Positions 53,240 to 64,000 of a DNA stretch of 64,000 nucleotides are shown piece by piece. The translations under genes were made by a program, and so were the position numbers. Location of the stretch: contig OZ059895.1 of NCBI GenBank assembly GCA_964057225.1, positions 22,506,001 through 22,570,000 on the forward strand, given 5' to 3'. The number at the start of each line of letters is the position of its first letter. The stretch's first letter is position 1. Under the pieces are notes generated by a model. That model was given only the letters and a program-made list of their open reading frames with translations, made no database searches and had not been told where the DNA came from. Origin of the DNA: Auanema rhodensis. Lineage: Eukaryota; Animalia; Nematoda.

Positions 53240-56200
53240 TCATTTTTCAAACGATCATAACTAATTTTTGTATTGAGCGTTTCTCAATGAAGTATAGTGC
53301 ATTCGATGCGGATTTTTAAGCTGCGTCGATCTGTGTTATCAGATTTGCGCTAGCTTAAAAATGCACCGAGATATCAACTGATATAAGTTCACACTTATAT
53401 CCTCGATTTTCACCCTGAAGAATTAATTTTTTCGTTGAATAACAATGTCCATCGTCTTTGCCTTGAAAAAAAAAATCTGAAAACATCTACTTTTTGCTAA
53501 ATTATTTTGAAATTTTTCGAAAAAATTTTTGTTAAAATGTTTTTGGAAGCAATGTTGAGTGTACATGGAAACTCAACATACACTAATGCATCATTTTTCA
53601 AACGATCATAACTAATTTTTGTATTGAGCGTTTCTCAATGTAGTATAGTGCATTCGATGCGGATTTTTAAGCTGCGTCGATCTGGGTTATCAGATTTGCG
53701 CTAGCTTAAAAATGCACCGAGATATCAACTGATATAAGTTCACACTTACATCCTCGATTTTCACCCTGAAGAATTAATTTTTCCGTTGAATAACATTGTC
53801 CATCGTCTTTGCCTTGAAAAAAAAAATCTGAAAACATCTACTTTTTGCTAAATTATTTTGAAATTTTTCGAAAAAATTTTTGTCAAAATGTTTTTGGAAG
53901 CAATGTTGAGTGTACATGGAAACTCAACATACACTAATGCATCATTTTGCAAACGATCATAACTAATTTCTGTATTGAGCGTTTCTCAATGTAGTATAGT
54001 GCATTCGATGCGGATTTTTAAGCTGCGTCGATCTGTGTTTTCAGATTTGCGCTAGCTTAAAAATGCACCGAGATATCAACTGATATAAGTTCACACTTAC
54101 ATCCTCGATTTTCACCCTGAAGAATTAATTTTTCCGTTGAATAACATTGTCCATCGTCTTTGCCTTGAAAAAAAAAATCTGAAAACATCTACTTTTTGCT
54201 AAATTATTTTGAAATTTTTCGAAAAAATTTTTGTCAAAATGTTTTTGGAAGCAATGTTGAGTGTACATGGAAACTCAACATACACTAATGCATCATTTTG
54301 CAAACGATCATAACTAATTTCTGTATTGAGCGTTTCTCAATGTAGTATAGTGCATTCGATGCGGATTTTTAAGCTGCGTCGATCTGTGTTTTCAGATTTG
54401 CGCTAGCTTAAAAATGCACCGAGATATCAACTGATATAAGTTCACACTTACATCCTCGATTTTCACCCTGAAGAATTAATTTTTCCGTTGAATAACATTG
54501 TCCATCGTCTTTGCCTTGAAAAAAAAAATCTGAAAACATCTACTTTTTGCTAAATTATTTTGAAATTTTTCGAAAAAATTTTTGTCAAAATGTTTTTGGA
54601 AGCAATGTTGAGTGTACATGGAAACTCAACATACACTAATGCATCATTTTGCAAACGATCATAACTAATTTCTGTATTGAGCGTTTCTCAATGTAGTATA
54701 GTGCATTCGATGCGGATTTTTAAGCTGCGTCGATCTGTGTTTTCAGATTTGCGCTAGCTTAAAAATGCACCGAGATATCAACTGATATAAGTTCACACTT
54801 ACATCCTCGATTTTCACCCTGAAGAATTAATTTTTCCGTTGAATAACATTGTCCATCGTCTTTGCCTTGAAAAAAAAAATCTGAAAACATCTACTTTTTG
54901 CTAAATTATTTTGAAATTTTTCGAAAAAATTTTTGTCAAAATGTTTTTGGAAGCAATGTTGAGTGTACATGGAAACTCAACATACACTAATGCATCATTT
55001 TTCAAACGATCATAACTAATTTTTGTATTGAGCGTTTCTCAATGAAGTATAGTGCATTCGATGCGGATTTTTAAGCTGCGTCGATCTGTGTTATCAGATT
55101 TGCGCTAGCTTAAAAATGCACCGAGATATCAACTGATATAAGTTCACACTTATATCCTCGATTTTCACCCTGAAGAATTAAATTTTTCGTTGAATAACAA
55201 TGTCCATCGTCTTTGCCTTGAAAAAAAAAATCTGAAAACATCTACTTTTTGCTAAATTATTTTGAAATTTTTCGAAAAAATTTTTGTTAAAATGTTTTTG
55301 GAAGCAATGTTGAGTGTACATGGAAACTCAACATACACTAATGCATCATTTTTCAAACGATCATAACTAATTTTTGTATTGAGCGTTTCTCAATGTAGTA
55401 TAGTGCATTCGATGCGGATTTTTATGCTGCGTCGATCTGGGTTATCAGATTTGCGCTAGCTTAAAAATGCACCAAGATATCAACTGATATAAGTTCACAC
55501 TTATATCCTCGATTTTCACCCTGAAGAATTAATTTTTTCGTTGAATAACATTGTCCATCGTCTTTGCCTTGAAAAAAAAAATCTGAAAACATCTACTTTT
55601 TGCTAAATTATTTTGAAATTTTTCGAAAAAATTTTTGTCAAAATGTTTTTGGAAGCAATGTTGAGTGTACATGGAAACTCAACATACACTAATGCATCAT
55701 TTTGCAAACGATCATAACTAATTTCTGTACTGAGCGTTTCTCAATGTAGTATAGTGCATTCGATGCGGATTTTTAAGCTGCGTCGATCTGTGTTTTCAGA
55801 TTTGCGCTAGCTTAAAAATGCACCGAGATATCAACTGATATAAGTTCACACTTACATCCTCGATTTTCACCCTGAAGAATTAATTTTTCCGTTGAATAAC
55901 ATTGTCCATCGTCTTTGCCTTGAAAAAAAAAATCTGAAAACATCTACTTTTTGCTAAATTATTTTGAAATTTTTCGAAAAAATTTTTGTCAAAATGTTTT
56001 TGGAAGCAATGTTGAGTGTACATGGAAACTCAACATACACTAATGCATCATTTTGCAAACGATCATAACTAATTTCTGTATTGAGCGTTTCTCAATGTAG
56101 TATAGTGCATTCGATGCGGATTTTTAAGCTGCGTCGATCTGTGTTTTCAGATTTGCGCTAGCTTAAAAATGCACCGAGATATCAACTGATATAAGTTCAC

Positions 56201-59200
56201 ACTTACATCCTCGATTTTCACCCTGAAGAATTAATTTTTCCGTTGAATAACATTGTCCATCGTCTTTGCCTTGAAAAAAAAAATCTGAAAACATCTACTT
56301 TTTGCTAAATTATTTTGAAATTTTTCGAAAAAATTTTTGTTAAAATGTTTTTGGAAGCAATGTTGAGTGTACATGGAAACTCAACATACACTAATGCATC
56401 ATTTTGCAAACGATCATAACTAATTTCTGTATTGAGCGTTTCTCAATGAAGTATAGTGCATTCGATGCGGATTTTTAAGCTGCGTCGATCTGTGTTATCA
56501 GATTTGCGCTAGCTTAAAAATGCACCGAGATATCAACTGATATAAGTTCACACTTATATCCTCGATTTTCACCCTGAAGAATTAATTTTTTCGTTGAATA
56601 ACAATGTCCATCGTCTTTGCCTTGAAAAAAAAAATCTGAAAACATCTACTTTTTGCTAAATTATTTTGAAATTTTTCGAAAAAATTTTTGTTAAAATGTT
56701 TTTGGAAGCAATGTTGAGTGTACATGGAAACTCAACATACACTAATGCATCATTTTTCAAACGATCATAACTAATTTTTGTATTGAGCGTTTCTCAATGT
56801 AGTATAGTGCATTCGATGCGGATTTTTAAGCTGCGTCCATCTGGGTTATCAGATTTGCGCTAGCTTAAAAATGCACCAAGATATCAACTGATATAAGTTC
56901 ACACTTATATCCTCGATTTTCACCCTGAAGAATTAATTTTTTCGTTGAATAACATTGTCCATCGTCTTTGCCTTGAAAAAAAAAATCTGAAAACATCTAC
57001 TTTTTGCTAAATTATTTTGAAATTTTTCGAAAAAATTTTTGTCAAAATGTTTTTGGAAGCAATGTTGAGTGTACATGGAAACTCAACATACACTAATGCA
57101 TCATTTTGCAAACGATCATAACTAATTTCTGTATTGAGCGTTTCTCAATGTAGTATAGTGCATTCGATGCGGATTTTTAAGCTGCGTCGATCTGTCTTTT
57201 CAGATTTGCGCTAGCTTAAAAATGCACCGAGATATCAACTGATATAAGTTCACACTTACATCCTCGATTTTCACCCTGAAGAATTAATTTTTCCGTTGAA
57301 TAACATTGTCCATCGTCTTTGCCTTGAAAAAAAAAATCTGAAAACATCTACTTTTTGCTAAATTATTTTGAAATTTTTCGAAAAAATTTTTGTCAAAATG
57401 TTTTTGGAAGCAATGTTGAGTGTACATGGAAACTCAACATACACTAATGCATCATTTTGCAAACGATCATAACTAATTTCTGTATTGAGCGTTTCTCAAT
57501 GTAGTATAGTGCATTCGATGCGGATTTTTAAGCTGCGTCGATCTGTGTTTTCAGATTTGCGCTAGCTTAAAAATGCACCGAGATATCAACTGATATAAGT
57601 TCACACTTACATCCTCGATTTTCACCCTGAAGAATTAATTTTTCCGTTGAATAACATTGTCCATCGTCTTTGCCTTGAAAAAAAAAATCTGAAAACATCT
57701 ACTTTTTGCTAAATTATTTTGAAATTTTTCGAAAAAATTTTTGTTAAAATGTTTTTGGAAGCAATGTTGAGTGTACATGGAAACTCAACATACACTAATG
57801 CATCATTTTGCAAACGATCATAACTAATTTCTGTATTGAGCGTTTCTCAATGAAGTATAGTGCATTCGATGCGGATTTTTAAGCTGCGTCGATCTGTGTT
57901 ATCAGATTTGCGCTAGCTTAAAAATGCACCGAGATATCAACTGATATAAGTTCACACTTATATCCTCGATTTTCACCCTGAAGAATTAATTTTTTCGTTG
58001 AATAACAATGTCCATCGTCTTTGCCTTGAAAAAAAAAATCTGAAAACATCTACTTTTTGCTAAATTATTTTGAAATTTTTCGAAAAAATTTTTGTTAAAA
58101 TGTTTTTGGAAGCAATGTTGAGTGTACATGGAAACTCAACATACACTAATGCATCATTTTTCAAACGATCATAACTAATTTTTGTATTGAGCGTTTCTCA
58201 ATGTAGTATAGTGCATTCGATGCGGATTTTTAAGCTGCGTCGATCTGGGTTATCAGATTTGCGCTAGCTTAAAAATGCACCAAGATATCAACTGATATAA
58301 GTTCACACTTATATCCTCGATTTTCACCCTGAAGAATTAATTTTTTCGTTGAATAACATTGTCCATCGTCTTTGCCTTAAAAAAAAAAATCTGAAAACAT
58401 CTACTTTTTGCTAAATTATTTTGAAATTTTTCGAAAAAATTTTTGTCAAAATGTTTTTGGAAGCAATGTTGAGTGTACATGGAAACTCAACATACACTAA
58501 TGCATCATTTTGCAAACGATCATAACTAATTTCTGTATTGAGCGTTTCTCAATGTAGTATAGTGCATTCGATGCGGATTTTTAAGCTGCGTCGATCTGTG
58601 TTTTCAGATTTGCGCTAGCTTAAAAATGCACCGAGATATCAACTGATATAAGTTCACACTTACATCCTCGATTTTCACCCTGAAGAATTAATTTTTCCGT
58701 TGAATAACATTGTCCATCGTCTTTGCCTTGAAAAAAAAAATCTGAAAACATCTACTTTTTGCTAAATTATTTTGAAATTTTTCGAAAAAATTTTTGTCAA
58801 AATGTTTTTGGAAGCAATGTTGAGTGTACATGGAAACTCAACATACACTAATGCATCATTTTGCAAACGATCATAACTAATTTCTGTATTGAGCGTTTCT
58901 CAATGTAGTATAGTGCATTCGATGCGGATTTTTAAGCTGCGTCGATCTGTGTTTTCAGATTTGCGCTAGCTTAAAAATGCACCGAGATATCAACTGATAT
59001 AAGTTCACACTTACATCCTCGATTTTCACCCTGAAGAATTAATTTTTCCGTTGAATAACATTGTCCATCGTCTTTGCCTTGAAAAAAAAAATCTGAAAAC
59101 ATCTACTTTTTGCTAAATTATTTTGAAATTTTTCGAAAAAATTTTTGTCAAAATGTTTTTGGAAGCAATGTTGAGTGTACATGGAAACTCAACATACACT

Positions 59201-62200
59201 AATGCATCATTTTGCAAACGATCATAACTAATTTCTGTATTGAGCGTTTCTCAATGTAGTATAGTGCATTCGATGCGGATTTTTAAGCTGCGTCGATCTG
59301 TGTTTTCAGATTTGCGCTAGCTTAAAAATGCACCGAGATATCAACTGATATAAGTTCACACTTACATCCTCGATTTTCACCCTGAAGAATTAATTTTTCC
59401 GTTGAATAACATTGTCCATCGTCTTTGCCTTGAAAAAAAAAATCTGAAAACATCTACTTTTTGCTAAATTATTTTGAAATTTTTCGAAAAAATTTTTGTT
59501 AAAATGTTTTTGGAAGCAATGTTGAGTGTACATGGAAACTCAACATACACTAATGCATCATTTTGCAAACGATCATAACTAATTTCTGTATTGAGCGTTT
59601 CTCAATGAAGTATAGTGCATTCGATGCGGATTTTTAAGCTGCGTCGATCTGTGTTATCAGATTTGCGCTAGCTTAAAAATGCACCGAGATATCAACTGAT
59701 ATAAGTTCACACTTATATCCTCGATTTTCACCCTGAAGAATTAATTTTTTCGTTGAATAACAATGTCCATCGTCTTTGCCTTGAAAAAAAAAATCTGAAA
59801 ACATCTACTTTTTGCTAAATTATTTTGAAATTTTTCGAAAAAATTTTTGTTAAAATGTTTTTGGAAGCAATGTTGAGTGTACATGGAAACTCAACATACA
59901 CTAATGCATCATTTTTCAAACGATCATAACTAATTTTTGTATTGAGCGTTTCTCAATGTAGTATAGTGCATTCGATGCGGATTTTTAAGCTGCGTCGATC
60001 TGGGTTATCAGATTTGCGCTAGCTTAAAAATGCACCAAGATATCAACTGATATAAGTTCACACTTATATCCTCGATTTTCACCCTGAAGAATTAATTTTT
60101 TCGTTGAATAACATTGTCCATCGTCTTTGCCTTGAAAAAAAAAATCTGAAAACATCTACTTTTTGCTAAATTATTTTGAAATTTTTCGAAAAAATTTTTG
60201 TCAAAATGTTTTTGGAAGCAATGTTGAGTGTACATGGAAACTCAACATACACTAATGCATCATTTTGCAAACGATCATAACTAATTTCTGTATTGAGCGT
60301 TTCTCAATGTAGTATAGTGCATTCGATGCGGATTTTTAAGCTGCGTCGATCTGTGTTTTCAGATTTGCGCTAGCTTAAAAATGCACCGAGATATCAACTG
60401 ATATAAGTTCACACTTACATCCTCGATTTTCACCCTGAAGAATTAATTTTTCCGTTGAATAACATTGTCCATCGTCTTTACCTTGAAAAAAAAAATCTGA
60501 AAACATCTACTTTTTGCTAAATTATTTTGAAATTTTTCGAAAAAATTTTTGTCAAAATGTTTTTGGAAGCAATGTTGAGTGTACATGGAAACTCAACATA
60601 CACTAATGCATCATTTTGCAAACGATCATAACTAATTTCTGTATTGAGCGTTTCTCAATGTAGTATAGTGCATTTGATGCGGATTTTTAAGCTGCGTCGA
60701 TCTGTGTTTTCAGATTTGCGCTAGCTTAAAAATGCACCGAGATATCAACTGATATAAGTTCACACTTACATCCTCGATTTTCACCCTGAAGAATTAATTT
60801 TTCCGTTGAATAACATTGTCCATCGTCTTTGCCTTGAAAAAAAAAATCTGAAAACATCTACTTTTTGCTAAATTATTTTGAAATTTTTCGAAAAAATTTT
60901 TGTCAAAATGTTTTTGGAAGCAATGTTGAGTGTACATGGAAACTCAACATACACTAATGCATCATTTTGCAAACGATCATAACTAATTTCTGTATTGAGC
61001 GTTTCTCAATGTAGTATAGTGCATTCGATGCGGATTTTTAAGCTGCGTCGATCTGTGTTTTCAGATTTGCGCTAGCTTAAAAATGCACCGAGATATCAAC
61101 TGATATAAGTTCACACTTACATCCTCGATTTTCACCCTGAAGAATTAATTTTTCCGTTGAATAACATTGTCCATCGTCTTTGCCTTGAAAAAAAAAATCT
61201 GAAAACATCTACTTTTTGCTAAATTATTTCGAAATTTTTCGAAAAAATTTTTGTCAAAATGTTTTTGGAAGCAATGTTGAGTGTACATGGAAACTCAACA
61301 TACACTAATGCATCATTTTGCAAACGATCATAACTAATTTCTGTATTGAGCGTTTCTCAATGTAGTATAGTGCATTCGATGCGGATTTTTAAGCTGCGTC
61401 GATCTGTGTTTTCAGATTTGCGCTAGCTTAAAAATGCACCGAGATATCAACTGATATAAGTTCACACTTACATCCTCGATTTTCACCCTGAAGAATTAAT
61501 TTTTCCGTTGAATAACATTGTCCATCGTCTTTGCCTTGAAAAAAAAAATCTGAAAACATCTACTTTTTGCTAAATTATTTCGAAATTTTTCGAAAAAATT
61601 TTTGTCAAAATGTTTTTGGAAGCAATGTTGAGTGTACATGGAAACTCAACATACACTAATGCATCATTTTGCAAACGATCATAACTAATTTCTGTATTGA
61701 GCGTTTCTCAATGTAGTATAGTGCATTCGATGCGGATTTTTAAGCTGCGTCGATCTGTGTTTTCAGATTTGCGCTAGCTTAAAAATGCACCGAGATATCA
61801 ACTGATATAAGTTCACACTTACATCCTCGATTTTCACCCTGAAGAATTAATTTTTCCGTTGAATAACATTGTCCATCGTCTTTGCCTTGAAAAAAAAAAT
61901 CTGAAAACATCTACTTTTTGCTAAATTATTTTGAAATTTTTCGAAAAAATTTTTGTCAAAATGTTTTTGGAAGCAATGTTGAGTGTACATGGAAACTCAA
62001 CATACACTAATGCATCATTTTTCAAACGATCATAACTAATTTTTGTATTGAGCGTTTCTCAATGAAGTATAGTGCATTCGATGCGGATTTTTAAGCTGCG
62101 TCGATCTGTGTTATCAGATTTGCGCTAGCTTAAAAATGCACCGAGATATCAACTGATATAAGTTCACACTTATATCCTCGATTTTCACCCTGAAGAATTA

Positions 62201-64000
62201 ATTTTTTCGTTGAATAACAATGTCCATCGTCTTTGCCTTGAAAAAAAAAATCTGAAAACATCTACTTTTTGCTAAATTATTTTGAAATTTTTCGAAAAAA
62301 TTTTTGTTAAAATGTTTTTGGAAGCAATGTTGAGTGTACATGGAAACTCAACATACACTAATGCATCATTTTGCAAACGATCATAACTAATTTTTGTATT
62401 GAGCGTTTCTCAATGTAGTATAGTGCATTCGATGCGGATTTTTAAGCTGCGTCGATCTGGGTTATCAGATTTGCGCTAGCTTAAAAATGCACCAAGATAT
62501 CAACTGATATAAGTTCACACTTATATCCTCGATTTTCACCCTGAAGAATTAATTTTTTCGTTGAATAACATTGTCCATCGTCTTTGCCTTGAAAAAAAAA
62601 TCTGAAAACATCTACTTTTTGCTAAATTATTTTGAAATTTTTCGAAAAAATTTTTGTCAAAATGTTTTTGGAAGCAATGTTGAGTGTACATGGAAACTCA
62701 ACATACACTAATGCATCATTTTGCAAACGATCATAACTAATTTCTGTACTGAGCGTTTCTCAATGTAGTATAGTGCATTCGATGCGGATTTTTAAGCTGC
62801 GTCGATCTGTGTTTTCAGATTTGCGCTAGCTTAAAAATGCACCGAGATATCAACTGATATAAGTTCACACTTACATCCTCGATTTTCACCCTGAAGAATT
62901 AATTTTTCCGTTGAATAACATTGTCCATCGTCTTTGCCTTGAAAAAAAAAATCTGAAAACATCTACTTTTTGCTAAATTATTTTGAAATTTTTCGAAAAA
63001 ATTTTTGTCAAAATGTTTTTGGAAGCAATGTTGAGTGTACATGGAAACTCAACATACACTAATGCATCATTTTGCAAACGATCATAACTAATTTCTGTAT
63101 TGAGCGTTTCTCAATGTAGTATAGTGCATTCGATGCGGATTTTTAAGCTGCGTCGATCTGTGTTTTCAGATTTGCGCTAGCTTAAAAATGCACCGAGATA
63201 TCAACTGATATAAGTTCACACTTACATCCTCGATTTTCACCCTGAAGAATTAATTTTTCCGTTGAATAACATTGTCCATCGTCTTTGCCTTGAAAAAAAA
63301 AATCTGAAAACATCTACTTTTTGCTAAATTATTTTGAAATTTTTCGAAAAAATTTTTGTCAAAATGTTTTTGGAAGCAATGTTGAGTGTACATGGAAACT
63401 CAACATACACTAATGCATCATTTTGCAAACGATCATAACTAATTTCTGTATTGAGCGTTTCTCAATGTAGTATAGTGCATTCGATGCGGATTTTTAAGCT
63501 GCGTCGATCTGTGTTTTCAGATTTGCGCTAGCTTAAAAATGCACCGAGATATCAACTGATATAAGTTCACACTTACATCCTCGATTTTCACCCTGAAGAA
63601 TTAATTTTTCCGTTGAATAACATTGTCCATCGTCTTTGCCTTGGAAAAAAAAAATCTGAAAACATCTACTTTTTGCTAAATTATTTTGAAATTTTTCGAA
63701 AAAATTTTTGTTAAAATGTTTTTGGAAGCAATGTTGAGTGTACATGGAAACTCAACATACACTAATGCATCATTTTGCAAACGATCATAACTAATTTCTG
63801 TATTGAGCGTTTCCCAATGAAGTATAGTGCATTCGATGCGGATTTTTAAGCTGCGTCGATCTGTGTTATCAGATTTGCGCTAGCTTAAAAATGCACCGAG
63901 ATATCAACTGATATAAGTTCACACTTATATCCTCGATTTTCACCCTGAAGAATTAATTTTTTCGTTGAATAACAATGTCCATCGTCTTTGCCTTGAAAAA
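53240..64000. repeat. Variable-length higher-order repeat (4-7 monomers) of the 351-bp satellite
   Basis: The marker CAATGAAGTA has its G at 53289, 55044, 56448, 57852, 59607, 62064 and 63819. The spacings are 1755, 1404, 1404, 1755, 2457 and 1755 bp, i.e. 5, 4, 4, 5, 7 and 5 monomers. Confidence 0.9.

Larger units (their letters stand above)
19366..64000. repeat. 351-bp tandem satellite array, about 127 monomers, open at the right window edge
   Basis: The unit (...ttttcaaacgatcataactaatttttgtattgagcg...gatgcggatttttaagctgcgtcgatctg...gttgagtgtacatggaaactcaacatacactaatgcatca) recurs every ~351 bp, e.g. near-identical ORFs at 42476 and 42827, offset 351. Orientation is uniform. Length variants of 338 and 349-352 bp occur, plus two 124-bp partial units. 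Confidence 0.99.

Noticed and set aside
49427-63745. 63-aa and 70-aa minus-strand ORFs (49427-49618, 63533-63745)
   Set aside because: Each is opened by a single private change (GCTTAATT near 49516, and an extra G near 63644) in otherwise ordinary satellite monomers.
1-64000. CRISPR array, tandem 5S/tRNA/snRNA gene array, or telomeric repeat
   Set aside because: There are no unique spacers or cas genes, no recognisable Pol III A/B/C boxes, cloverleaf or rRNA sequence, and no short G-rich repeat.
19366-64000. Tandem MITE or Helitron-derived units, suggested by the hairpins
   Set aside because: I found no terminal inverted repeats bounding the unit, no target-site duplications and no convincing Helitron termini. 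A transposon origin remains possible but needs a Dfam/Repbase search.
1-64000. Assignment to known satellites of similar length (Arabidopsis CEN178, Brassica CentBr, primate alpha, Drosophila 359-bp)
   Set aside because: Only the lengths are similar. I do not recognise their diagnostic sequence here, so a database search is required.

Overview
The window is entirely AT-rich tandem satellite DNA, typical of eukaryotic heterochromatin. A (peri)centromeric location is an inference only. It holds two head-to-tail arrays joined directly at about 19,365 with no intervening unique sequence. The first is a 176-bp satellite of 110 monomers (1-19365). The second is a 351-bp satellite of about 127 monomers (19366-64000). 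I can support no genes, RNA genes, CRISPR or intact mobile elements, and all listed ORFs are by-products of satellite variants. The notable structure is: (i) an abrupt junction that falls at a short motif shared by both satellites; (ii) monomer lengths in a near 1:2 ratio, with signs that the 351-mer is an ancient diverged dimer; (iii) monomers dense in dyad symmetries; (iv) layered higher-order repeats and variant domains that record the expansion history. I cannot name the organism or the satellite families from sequence alone. All counts and alignments were done by eye.
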